Shown: in pieces, positions 38,341-50,870 of the stretch
Layout of the letters: each line of letters begins with the position of its first letter
How positions within the stretch are numbered: position 1 is the stretch's first letter
DNA from: Chara braunii
Lineage: Eukaryota; Plantae; Charophyceae
DNA: 64,000 bases
Reading direction: 5' to 3'
Assembly (NCBI GenBank): GCA_003427395.1
Contig: BFEA01000001.1
Location: forward strand, 11,738,966-11,802,965
The notes under the pieces: generated by a model
The model's database searches: none
Told to the model about the DNA's origin: nothing
The model's input: only the letters and a program-made list of their open reading frames with translations
Position numbers and translations under genes: made by a program

Positions 38341-39772
38341 CGCTAACTTAAAGGCAATACGTGCATTACCTAAACGTAACCTCGTTAGTTTACATCCACA
38401 AAGNNNNNNNNNNNNNNNNNNNNNNNNNNNNNNNNNNNNNNNNNNNNNNNNNNNNNNNNNNNNNNNNNNNNNNNNNNNNNNNNNNNNNNNNNNNNNNNNN
38501 NNNNNNNNNNNGGGGAGGGGAGGGGAATCGCAAGGGTTGCCAAACACGCTTCTTACGAATGGGATCACATCACAAGACTTGCTAAACACGCTTCTTACAA
38601 AAAAGCATATTTCAATCCCTCTCACTTCCATCAGATTCGGAGAACAGAAGAGGAATCAAAACGAATGGCGAGAGCACGTTAAAGACGGCAAGTACGAAGT
38701 AGCGATCATCTAAGAGGTGGATAAGAAAGCAGGGAGGACGGCGGCGGCCAAGGGGGCAGCTGCTGAGGTCGTCGAGGGACGGGAGGGACGGGGGAGGCCT
38801 GGGGGAGGTAGGGGGAGGTACCGCAGAGGCACGGCAGAGGTACGGCAGAGGTACGAGAGATGTAGGGGGAGACACTGGGGAGATGAGTGAGGGTCGATGC
38901 AATTCACGAAAATGACACCCCTGAACTGTTGACATACGGACAACGCAGTCAGATGGGACCAGACGGGACCAGATGGAACCAGATGGGACCAGATGGGACC
39001 AGATTAATGAAATATGCGCACGTCTTTTTTTTTTTTTTTTAATAATTTGGACCATTTCTCGATATATGCGTGTGCCATCATTGCGCAGGGGCCATGGTAA
39101 TCATCTCTGAGTCGTTCCAGTTTTAATGGATATCCCGGAGGACTGCGCACGTCTATTTTTTATATCTCTCTTTATCTTTTTTTTTTGTTGTTTTNTNTTT
39201 ATNTTTTTTTTTTGTTGTTTTCTCTTTATCTTATTTAATACTCGTATTGCTTTTTTCTTTTTCCGCTTCGCGTTGGTTCTGACACCCAATATGCAATTCC
39301 ACTTCTTGGGCGACATCTGTCGGCGTGCCACATGGCTCACGACAGCAGGACATAGGAGGAAGGGGGAGGGAGGAGGTGGAGGAAGAGGAGGAAGGAGGGA
39401 GGAGGGAGGAGGAGGTACAAGTATGAGTGGAGAGGGGAGGAGGAGGATAAGGAGGGAGGATGATGATAAGGACGAGAACAATAACCAAAAACATGCATGC
39501 CGATGTGCCACGTGGCACATTACGGGAGGCGAAGGGAGGGAGGGGGGAGGGGGGCGAGGAGGAGGGAGGAGAAAGGAGGAGGGAGGAGGACGAGGGGAGG
39601 CGAGGAGTAAGGAGGAGGAGGAGGTGGATGATGGGGACAATAAAATAACTGGCGTGCCAGGACAGGAGGAGAGAAGAGGGGAGGAAGGAAGCACAGGGAG
39701 GAGGAGGAGGAGGAGGAGGAGGAGGAGGGGGAGGACGAAAAGAATCACAAGTTGAAAACAAAAGATCCCGTG

Positions 39773-39977
39773 CCCTAATTATCCGTTACTCGTTACCACC
39801 ATGGCATGGTAAGCCTCCATCCTACTATCGAAAGTTGATTGGGCAGAAATTTGAATGGAACATCGACGGCTCGAAGCCGTCCATGCGATTCGACATCCAA
39901 AGGAGGCAGCAGGCGCGTAAATTACCCAATCCTAACATACAATAATAATAAATAACAATAACGGGAAAAAAAAAAAA
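39773..39977. pseudogene. Rearranged 18S rRNA fragment (inverted 5' piece, forward piece, poly(A))
   Basis: 39773-39892 is the reverse complement of the 18S segment CGAATCGCATG...CATTCAAATTTCTGCCC.ATCAACTTTCGAT.GTAGGAT...CCATGGTGGTAACG...AATTAGGG. 39893-39965 is forward 18S ACATCCAA.GGAGGCAGCAGGCGCG.AAATTACCCAATCC...AAATAACAATA.CGGG, then A12. Confidence 0.88.
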
Positions 39978-41028
39978 CGATCGCATGCCGCAGAGGAGGA
40001 AGGAGGACGAAGGATGAGGGAGGAGAGAGGAGAAAGAGAGAGAGGAGGAGGGAGGGACCGAGGGAGGGAGGGAGGCGAATCATGCCCTTGGTGTGTTCCT
40101 TTTTTTTTTTTTTTTGGTAATCTAGATTCGAACTTGGGTCTGTTTCCCTTTCTTTTTTTTTTTTGGTCAATGGTGACGTCCTTGGTAATTGAGAATTTCA
40201 TCCACTTGCTTCTGCCTGCATTCGAGCTGAAGTCTGCATTTCAATTTTCAACTCTTCATGGGTGCACCGACCCAGCCACGTGGCACGTCGGGTGGGTCTG
40301 TTTTTCAACAGATGACTGGAGACGAGGAGAAAGGAGGGAGGATGAGTAGGAGGGAGGATGCGTAGGAGGGAGGATGACGATGAGGACGATAACAATTAAA
40401 AAAAAAAACGGCGTGCTGATGTGCCACGTGGCACATGACAGGAGGCGAAAGGAGGAAGGAAGAGGAAGGATGGAGGGCGAGGGGAGAGGAGGAAAAAGAA
40501 GAACAGGGTTGGATGAGCATTCTGATCGTTCCTGTGTGTTAGGGGACATGTTTGCTGGTGACTAGCTGTCATGCGTTAGTTGGGGTGGATTGTTTTTTGT
40601 TTTTTTTTCTGTTTATTTTCTGTGCGTCATAACTGTGTTATAACTTTATAAGTCAGGCAAGAAAAGCCACTTTTAACGAGTTGCAGTGTTTATGACTTGA
40701 TTGCCACTTTTTGCTGCTGTCTGCCAGCAAGATGCGTCAAATTTCATTTTTCAGAAGTTGAAAAAAAAAAAACTTCTTGCTTTGCACGTTTCTTTTTTCC
40801 TCAGTCAAATCAAAGGTTGGGGTGTGTGTTTCTCTCTTTTTTGTGTAGGGATGGTTCTGTAAGTTTGTGTGTGTGTGTATGTGTGAGAGAGAGAGAGAGA
40901 AGCGGGGTAGAAAAGCATGAAGAAGAAGTGCATGACGAGGAAGAGCACGAATTCAGGCGTGTCATCCCCACAGGGCACATGGTAATCTTCTTTATATCGA
41001 TCCAAGTTTGACGAACAGAAAAGGGCAA

Positions 41029-41119
<91 letters not shown>

Positions 41120-41703
41120 NNNNNNNNNNNNNNNNNNNNNNNNNNNNNNNNNNNNNNNNNNNNNNNNNNNNNNNNNNNNNNNNNNNNNNNNNNNNNNNNN
41201 NNNNNNNNNNNNNNNNNNNNNNNNNNNNNNNNNNNNNNNNNNNNNNNNNNNNNNNNNNNNNNNNNNNNNNNNNNNNNNNNNNNNNNNNNNNNNNNNNNNN
41301 NNNNNNNNNNNNNNNNNNNNNNNNNNNNNNNNNNNNNNNNNNNNNNNNNNNNNNNNNNNNNNNNNNNNNNNNNNNNNNNNNNNNNNNNNNNNNNNNNNNN
41401 NNNNNNNNNNNNNNNNNNNNNNNNNNNNNNNNNNNNNNNNNNNNNNNNNNNNNNNNNNNNNNNNNNNNNNNNNNNNNNNNNNNNNNNNNNNNNNNNNNNN
41501 NNNNNNNNNNNNNNNNNNNNNNNNNNNNNNNNNNNNNNNNNNNNNNNNNACTGTAAATGATAATCTACCTTAACCAAAATCAAAGTAGACTATCACTCAC
41601 CCACACCAGATATATAACATATATAGAGAGAGAGAGAGAGGGAGGGTGGGGGGGATCGTTTGGAGTGGAAGAAGAGAAATAAGACAACTGTGCGTTTTTG
41701 CTT

Positions 41704-41744
<41 letters not shown>

Positions 41745-42257
41745 CAGAGAGAGAGAGCGAGAGAGAGATTTCCATCGATAGGATGAGCAACGCACCGACC
41801 ACCGGCCAATAGAAGTCTTCAATCCCACAGCTGCCCTCACGCTACTTCTGTCGATAGGATGAGCAAAATCGAATGAATCTTCCGCTATAAGACGAAAATA
41901 TACACTACTATATTTGTGTGTGTGTGCCTGGGTGCCTGTCTGTGTGATGACCAAAATCGAATGAATCTTCCGCGCTATCACACGGTAATATACACTACTA
42001 TATTTTTGTGTGGGTGCGTGGGTGCGTGTGCGTGGGTGTGTGTGACCAAAATCGAACGTGTGTGTGTATGATGACCAAAATCGAACACAGAAATATACAC
42101 TACAACATGCGTGCGTGTGTGTGTGCGTGCCTGTGTGCGTGCGTGCGTGCGTGCGTGTGTGCGTGCATGTGTGTGCGTGCGTGCGTGCGTGTGTATGCGT
42201 GCGTGCCTGCGTGTGTTCGTGTGTGTGTGGGTGTGCTCGCAGCGAGTAGGTTGCGCT

Positions 42258-42555
42258 TGTGTGGGTTCCATTTTCGTCGTTTCATTTCTTTCTATTTTCA
42301 GTAAGGTCGTGCAGTACAACTTCGCTAGGACGGGTTTGTTTGGGGTCTTCGGCAACAGAAAATAGGGTCCGGTCGTAGTCGTCCCTAAGACGGGTCGTAG
42401 GGCAGGTGTGGGTTCCATTTTCGTTGTTTCATTTCTTTCTATTTTCGGTAAGGTCGTGCAGTACAACTTCGCTAGGATGGGTTTGTTTGGGGTCTTTGAC
42501 AGCAGAAAATAGGGTCCGGTCGCAGTCGTCCCTAAGAATGGTCGTAGGGCAGGTT
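42258..42555. repeat. Tandem duplication, ~147 bp x2
   Basis: GTGTGGGTTCCATTTTCGT...GTCGTAGGGCAGGT twice. Confidence 0.9.
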
Positions 42556-43704
42556 AGGTTGTCAAGGTCGTTGCAATCAGTATAGCTTTATCAAGGCCAG
42601 TGCCCAAGGCAAAAATACAACGTCAAAGAACTGCAAATTCAGCAGTCGCAAGGTCTCCAAACCCGCTTCATGGAGTGGAGCCCCTCCCCTGTAGAAAAAC
42701 CATTGTCTTCCTAAAAAAAAAACTGTGCGCCGCGCAAGCGTGGAAGCACAGCCACTCGGGAGCCGGCCGGCTTGGAAGGCTTGAAGCGCACCGAACGAAA
42801 AGGATTGTGAACGGGTCTGGGCACACCACTCTTGAAACGGCCCAATCTCGGGACGTCGCCACGCTCCACTTAGCACGGCAACAACCAGGTTGTTTTTTGT
42901 GTTTTTTTTCGTTTTTCATTTTTCCATTTCGAGGGCAAACTCACAGTAGCACGCATTTTGCAAGCCAGCATTCTGCTGTGCACACCTCCAAACCCACTTC
43001 GACCCGGCCTTCCGAAAATCACACCCTCGCGTGATATCGCCCGAAATGGAAAACCGGCCGCCGTCCATGAAAACAGCCTGCCGACCGCTTTTCGTAACCG
43101 CTGATCTGCCCCCCTCCAACCGCACTCGCGACCACCCGGCCTACCGGTCTCTGCCCCGACAGCGACCGCACCCTTCAATTACCCATGTTACCGCCCTATA
43201 AACCCCTTTCGCCGTCGTCGACATTTCCTGAAAAAGACGTCCTCGCTACGCGACAAAATGCAACCGGGTATAGCGCTGCCTCCTGGCTGCGAACTAACAA
43301 ATCCCCGCTTTCCTAAAACACTGCAATGAAAATCCTAATTAGGGTGTCAATTAATTTCTAAAACCAAAGCACTGCAAATTTCATAAAGAACACCACAACA
43401 AAATTTCTAATTAAGTCAGAAGTCCCAATACTCACCCTAACCCTAAAGAACGCGAAATTCCTAAATTATTCGTGACACAATTTGTATTTATTGCCTAAAG
43501 TGGCAATTGTAATTCCCAATACAACATCATATGAAAACACTTATAGAAAAAGGCATATGAAAATTTGAACTAAGACCTACCATAAGCAAGGAAATTAACA
43601 GGAAAAAACGAAGAAGAAGCTCTACTATGGACGGGAAAAGAATCAGTGACAAAAAAGTTGAAAATCCAAAGTCTATTAACCCCATAAGATGAAACAAAAT
43701 GTCA

Positions 43705-44120
43705 AGACCACTCGTCTTCAACAATCAGCACATGACTTTCCTTGGCAAAGGAGCAAAACGTACGGGAAACCATAATTCCCCTGGCCAAGCGACTCAGCAT
43801 ACAGGAAACCCAATCCGTGCTAATCAAGGAAGCTCACAACCGTCTCGATGGAAAAAACCTTGGTTGTATCTATATGTTGTTGAGAAATAAAACTTCATAA
43901 CTTAGATCAGCCACGCCACTCGTCTTCAGCAAGTCAACACATAGTTTTCCTTGCCAAAGGAACAAGACATACGGGAAACCACAATTCCCTTGACCAAGCG
44001 ACTCAGCGTACAGGAAACCCAATCCGTGCTAATCAAGGAAGCTCACAGTTGTCTCCATGGAATGAAAAACTTTGGCAATATCAATATATTGTTGAAAAAT
44101 AAAGTTCCATATCTGAGACT
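43705..44120. repeat. Tandem duplication, ~210 bp x2
   Basis: CCACTCGTCTTCA...CAGGAAACCCAATCCGTGCTAATCAAGGAAGCTCACA twice. Confidence 0.85.
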
Positions 44121-44960
44121 AGCAGCGCCAATCACGCCCTAATCTTGGTTGCATATAGCGTATAACAGGAGAGATGCACCAACGCTCCAAGTATCCATTT
44201 ATCACATGCAACGCGCCACACCCACCACCAGCAGACACTCATTTTCCTTGAGGCATGTCGAACAAGCTTCACATCCACAACGCATAGACATGGTTGTCGT
44301 GGGCCACTAGAACTAAATAGGTATGGTGGCCTTAGCCTGGGCTAAACCCTAGCTCTAGCTCCGGCAACTTCGGGCACTCAGCGCTAGGTCACTTAGCGAC
44401 ACGCCACTGCTAGTGCCTTCCCTGGCTGCGCGTTAGCGCTGCGGTAATCCTTTGCAATTTAGTATAGGGCGCCATCCAATATTTCCCTTTTGCGGGATAG
44501 AGATTTTTTCCGTTGCAAACTGGGGGCGGACGATATGGATCTGGGCGAGCGATTTGGTTCTGGGTTGTTTCTGCTTTTGTTTTTTTTCTCTTCTACTGCA
44601 TCTTCCAAAAAAAAACATTCTATTGTTTACTACATCTCGTTGGCAGGGCTTACTAAGAAAAAAAAAAAAAAAAAAAAAAAACGTATTGACTTTCGGAAAA
44701 AAAAAAAGAAAAAAAACGAACTTACCTTTGCCCTAAGGGCTATGGAGATCGAGGGTCTTGCTCCACTATTGACCAAATGTGCAACATGAGCATGAATCTT
44801 CTGGTAGAACACAGGTAGATACACTGCTAGTAGTTTAGAGCTTGAAATACCCTTTTTCCTGCCCGGGGAACGGTACAACCCTCAGTAGCTTGCTATTCGT
44901 TTTTCAATTTTTTTTATTATTTTTTTTTGTCCTGCGATAGAAAAATCTGGGCTCCATCCA

Positions 44961-45095
44961 GCGTCCTAGCTCAATTGGTTAGGCACACAAGTGGCATTCA
45001 GGAGGTTGTGGGTTCAATCCCACCGCCTGTGGCACTCTTGGTGCCAACCAACTGAGATGGTGAGCTGGATCATCCCAGTCGGTATCAGGGCGTCG
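44961..45095 (+). mobile_element. tRNA-derived SINE-like element (family A)
   Basis: Pol III A box TAGCTCAATTGG and B box GGTTCAATCCC at tRNA spacing; no acceptor stem; homologue at 50741. Confidence 0.6.
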
Positions 45096-45169
45096 TTAGA
45101 CACTCCGCAGGGCATCCTCGGGCTCTGAGGATGAATCCTCGAAAAAGTTTAGGGTTTTTGTCGTCTTCG

Positions 45170-45292
45170 TTAGACTCATCCTCGGAGCATTGGCTTTAGG
45201 ACTTATCCTTGGAGCATTGGATTTAGGACTCATCCTCGGAGCATTTGCTTTAGGACTCATCCTCGGAGCATTGGCTTTAGGACTCATCCTCT
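45170..45292. repeat. 27-bp minisatellite x4.5
   Basis: TTTAGGACTCATCCTCGGAGCATTGGC; reads MSPKANAPR repeats on the minus strand. Confidence 0.9.
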
Positions 45293-46274
45293 GGGCAATG
45301 TCAAAAAAAAAAAGAAAAAAAAGAAAAAAAAAAAAGGTGTGCTTTAGGCTTTCAGCCAATAGGATGCCGCCACCATCTGAATTATCGGTTGTAACGTCTC
45401 TCTACGTGCATGCCCTCTCCTCTTCGTGAAACACGGATCCTCAGGCCCTAAAGGACCTTGCGAGGTCCTTCGGAGCCGAGGACGACTTGGTTGGGAAATC
45501 CTCGGAGCCCAAGGATATGTCCTCGGAGTGTTTTCACATTTTCATTTTCGATTTCATCTCTGAGGACAGGGGGAACGAAGACAAAATCCTTGGAATCACG
45601 TCCCCGAGGAGTGTCTAACGACGCCCTCAGTAAGGTTTTCAGCCAACACGGGTGTGAGTGCGAGTGTGACTGGGTTGCGTATGGTGTGTGGGAGAGTGTT
45701 GGCTTTGGACACTACCATCCAGAAGGTTGCCCATCCCCCACTTCATAAGACCTTTGCCAAGCTTACTGTCTAGAACATAAAGCATGCTACCAGAATGGTT
45801 GCCTTCTCGCATTTGACGTGGTATAACAACGTGTGTGTATATGTGTGTCTGTATGAGACAAAGAGAGACAGAGAGAGAGAGAGACCAACAGGTAAGTCGC
45901 CACGCAGTCCACCAACCCTTGCACAATCGAATGCCAACCCCATCGCCAATGACAACCTCAACCCCGCCTAGCGACGTCCACCAAAAAAAAAAAAAAAAAA
46001 AAAAAACGACCAACCCTAGGACACTCCCAAACCCCCGTTTTTCCCAAAGGAGAAATGTCGGGCACCTGCCACAAACATCCCCGCACGACCTCTGCATACT
46101 ACCGCTGGACGTTCCCTTTTTTCGCTCTGCTAGGACCACCCGAACGACCGGTCCATCTTATGATAACGACCGCACCCGTCCACTCCATTTCCCCGGCCCC
46201 TCTGCGCCTATCTAAACCCCTAAATGAGTCGTCGACATTACCCGATCGGAAAATTTTGTGCACACCAGAAAGCA

Positions 46275-46420
46275 ATCGGGTATAGCGCAGCCTCCTGGTT
46301 GCAAAATCTCAAAAGCGCTAACCAAAGAACACAAATCCCCATATGAAAAGTCGATGTGCCCAGCTCAGTTGGCACTTCAATGCACTGTTGAAAAATGCGA
46401 CTTGGGTTTGAATCTTTCTT
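46275..46420 (+). mobile_element. Second copy of family B repeat
   Basis: ACAAATCCCC.TATGAAA...CGATGTGCCCAGCTCAGTTGGCACT.CAA.GCACTGTTGAAA shared with 36654-36716; upstream part also seen at about 43262-43310. Confidence 0.5.
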
Positions 46421-47167
46421 CGATTGTCCGGGGTCCTTAGGTCGACCACGCCGCATCTCCGCCGAATTTCTGGACACGAAGTGGTGGCCAAAATTGCTTC
46501 AAAATGTATGTTATTGTCGAAATGCAATTTTCGATAGTGTTTTTTTTTTTTTTCGGGAAAAGGCAGAGAATCCATTATCAAAGTACAAAGACTTTGAGGC
46601 CGAGAATCCTCAACAAACAACCCGGATTTTCGATAGTTTCTCTTGGCCACATAGGCTGTCGAAATTAGAGACGAACCACAATAAAAATTTATTATGAATC
46701 CTAATGGGGTGGACCCCCCCTGAGATGTGGAATGTGGAATTGTCAATTGACTCTACTTCCTCCTTCTGGAAACTGACTGGATTTGAGCAGAATGGTAAGA
46801 AAGATTTTCAATGTTGGGAAAGAACCAGACCTGACAAACCTTGTCAACTGATACAACTGGACAGCCCACAACACCCTCCTCTGGCAGCCAGCCTGGCGCG
46901 GGTTCAAGTTTGGGAAAATGTGACGAGGAAGGCAACTGGAACTAAGTTTTTGCTCACGGACCCCAAAATGTGGGGATGGAAAGGGGAAGGCGTCAGAGGT
47001 GAACGTTTACCTGTCTTATGCTACACGACTAATCAAGGTTACAATACTCCCATCAATGGAGGTGGCTGTGAAAAGGTGGAGCCAAGTCTTGGACAATAAT
47101 AGTCAAAACGTAGAGAAAGTTTTTACCTGTTGCTGGAAACAGCTTGCTTCAGCCCCTAGCTTTCGAC

Positions 47168-47305
47168 TACCGTCTTCACCAAAAAATAACGTCCGAGCGT
47201 TATATTAAACTTACCCTAAAAAGATCAGATTTCCGTTTTTAGTCTTTTTTTCTCAAATAAAACGCCCCTTCGAATATAACGCCCATATTCGAATAGAGCA
47301 CTCGT
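47168..47305. mobile_element. One end of a longer relative of the same MITE family
   Basis: TACCGTCTTCACC terminus followed by internal AAAACGCCC / CGAATATAACGCCC motifs; no matching second end seen. Confidence 0.5.
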
Positions 47306-50300
47306 GCATTATGTTTTAATGTTCCATTGGCATAGTGCCTTGTAGAGGTAGTATACATGGGTTTGAAAGGGGGGGGAGGGGTGTATATATGGGTTTTAAA
47401 GGGGGGTGAATGGGTTTTGACTTGCAAGGGGTATATTTCGGTTTGATTTTTTTATTTTTTTTTTCGAGTTTATAAGGATTTTTGTAGTGACCCTCAACCA
47501 AAATATGGTCGTATTGCAATTTTGAAATCTCCAGGGTTTTGACCGCACGTTTTATAAGGATTTTTGTAGTGACCCTCACCTTTGGTACAATTGTCCGGCC
47601 TCTCACCGAATCAGGGAGTGCTGGCAAGCCTTTTGGGATGAAATTTCGGATAGAAAATTAACATGGGATCAAGAATGGGTCATTTTGGGCGATCTCCCTG
47701 ACGCCCTTGACCTCGAAAAGGGTTGGGGTTATATCACTCAAGCTACCCGAGCGGTTGGTTGTGAGGTAATTTGGACGGAAAGGACCTGCGAACTTTCGAT
47801 GAAAGAGAAATGACGAACAAAGAGATAAGAGGATTGTTCAAAACATCCGTACGTCGATTGATCCAGGCAGATTGGAGAAGAAAAAATCGGGGAAACCCGA
47901 CAAGGTGGTTCGGAGAAACCTGGGGCCTAAGTGGTAAGTTGGCGAAAGTGGAGAATGGAAAGTTAGTTATGGTCGAGTGGTTTTGAGCCAAATAGATAGC
48001 TTACGAACCTGGTTGCTGGGTTCTTGATTCCACGGGAGGAAGGAAGTGGGAGATGGCTTGAGGAGGAAGCGCACGACATTGACACCCAGTCCAACTAGTC
48101 CGGTCTGTCGTTTTAGGCAGAGGTAAGGTGAGAATAGAGAGATAGTGAGGTTACTTAGTCATGTAGCTTTAATTAGGAGCGGTTTTTGTATGGTTTGTTC
48201 GGTCTTTTGGGTCGGTGACACCTTGTTTTTAGGCTTAAGCACTTTCAGTTTGTTCGGTATTTGTTGGCTTGTGGGACTTTTTTTTAGCGGCTAGGATTTC
48301 ATGACAACGGTCTAGAGTTGATCATTTCTGTTCCTAAATATTTTTTGGCCTCTACTACTCGTGTTCTTGGAAAAATGAATTTGGGGAGCATTACGCTCGT
48401 AAGCTAAACTAGTTGATGCTGCCATGATAACTCTGGGTTGAATTGTGAGGTCCCCGACCTTGGTTTGAATTGATGAAATAAAAGAAAAAGAAAAAAAAAG
48501 ACGGAAAGAAAATTCATAAGTTGTCAGAGAATGCTTCTCGACACCTTCTGTTGAAAGTTGTTGAATCCCCAACGTGCTACTTCGATGCTTTCGACAGTCC
48601 TTGGTTGCGCCATCAACTTCTCTTTGAAATTTGGTGAGTGGGCATGAGGTCGGGATGGACTAATGTTTCTTGTACCCTCAGGCGCATTCATCTTTTTTCA
48701 TCTTGCATTTACAAGTGCATCCACTCTAAAGTGTTGTATGGCTAAAAAGGCGTAAATTGTCGAAGGGAGGTTGTTGAATTCATTTTAACAATCGTCATTT
48801 TTTCCCCCCTTTCGACACTGGTGTGACGAGGGTCTGAGGACCGCACTACGCGCGGGGACATAGCCAAGACAACTTGTCGACGGAGGACGACAGATTTTGT
48901 AGGCTTGGCACCAAACGAGGTTCGCAAAAAAAAAAACAGAGAAAAAAGAAAATCCTCACAGTCGTCAACCCAACGACACCGTAAGGAACAAATACAAGCC
49001 GGGCCCGAAGTCGTCCGTTACGCAATGTCCACCACCAAATATATCAAGGAAAACGTGCCACTTCTGAGGGCATACTCACACCACCTTTTTTCAAAGTGCA
49101 TCCGACTGCATTTACGACCCCAGTTTGCGGCATCTAACCTCAATCACATCCATAAATAACTAAAAAAATCCTTGTGTAAGTATGCTCTGACACCACCAAT
49201 GTCCACTCACCTTCCCTCACCCAACGTCTACATCTTCGTACGTGACAATCGTCATCCTGACGACACCATAATGGTTTTTTAAGTTAAAAACAGGCAGGTA
49301 TGCGCCCGTATCAGTCATCCCTTATGCACGTCCAGACCCATATACATCAATCAACGAAAACGTACAGGTCCGACACCTAAAACTCCCAATCACTTCAACT
49401 ACGTCAACTCTATCGTTCCCTCACCTTCCTGCACTCAACGTATACACAGTCGTATCCTACAGTCGTCCTCCAAACAACACCATAATGGTTATTCTTGTAA
49501 AAAACAGACAGATACACGTCAGTATCAGTCGTCTCTTATGCACGTTCACAACCAGACACATCAACTAAAACGTACGGGCCCGACAACTAAAACCACCTGC
49601 CCATCCAAATTCGCATATTCCCCCGGCCCCAACATAAAAAAAAAGAGACCCCACACATCGCCCCCACAAGACGAGATGGCGTACCCACAACGCACCTAGA
49701 CAAAAAATTGTAACACGATTCATCTGAGTACCCTGCACGAAGACCGACCCACCATCAAATTTGTGCCCACCCACCACCCATGTACCCCAACATCACCCCC
49801 AAAACCACCAAAGAACAAAAAAGAAACCCAGAAAAAAAACTTATCTGAAACGGAAACGCCCGGTCCCCATCCAGCGACAGCGAACAATGGCATCAACACC
49901 CGACTGCCTGTCGCCCACGCTCCAAGCTGTACAACTGTTGACCGCACTCTTCCCAAACCCCCCAAAAAACCCATTTCTTGCCTGCTATACCGCACGACAT
50001 TTCCCGGAAAAAACCGCTATGCAACCTGATAAAACGACAACAAGCATAAACGTAGCCATCCTAGCTACGAATTTAGAATCTCAAAAGAATCTAGTCTTAT
50101 TATACGGTCAATATTAGTACACTTTGGTTAATCACATGGGTATAGAAAAATGGGTATTTGTTTCATCATTCTTAGAGTGACAAATTATGACGAAAACATA
50201 ATTTCTTTTTTTGATAGTATGAAAATAGAATTTGCCCAAACAAAATGAGTATCTAAGAGCGCCCCAGATAAGGCATCCACCCCAGATAAACTGCACACCA

Positions 50301-50740
50301 TGGAAGGCTTTACCAAACAAATTGTTTTGGCAGTTAGACACACAAAAATATATACATATCTAGGGTGTTGCGGTGTCATTTACCAAATGTAAAAAGGATA
50401 AAAGCTCGGACATTTGATCACATGCTACCTTGAGGCTATCCACCCTTCGAAGAAAAAAAAAAATGGTGTTAAAAAAAAAAAAAAAAAAAAAAAATCGAGT
50501 GCAAATGGTCAAAACCACCATGGTTGGGTTGCAACCTTGCATCCCCTCTCATGTTTAGAGGAAGACAATAAAACTATGTTCGCAGGGGTCCCCTGTATAA
50601 GCCTTAGGAGCAGTGGTAGGTAGGAAGTGAAGGTGAACTGAAAGAATTTGAAAGATGACGGAAGATTTAAACGAAGAATATAGCGTAGTTTAAAAAAGAA
50701 AAGCCCCCCCTAAAAAAAAAAAGACACAAAAGCAACGCAG

Positions 50741-50870
50741 GGACTTCCCTCAGTTGTTAAGGCTCGCAAGTGGCGCTCAGGAAGTCGTATGTTCAATCCC
50801 CATTGCCCTCATGTACCTTCCTGGGCATTCTTGGCACCTGCCACCTAGAGGTAGACCGTTGGATCCCCCG
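50741..50870 (+). mobile_element. tRNA-derived SINE-like element (family A, degenerate)
   Basis: CTCAGTTG.TAAGGC...CAAGTGGC..TCAGGA.GT.GT..GTTCAATCCC...GGCA.TCTTGG parallels 44961-45050. Confidence 0.5.

Noticed and set aside
39773-39965. Functional rRNA gene
   Set aside because: Only ~190 nt, rearranged and diverged.
45096-45359. Protein with MSPKANAPR repeats
   Set aside because: Short ORF over a 27-bp minisatellite and T-run; no supporting gene structure established.
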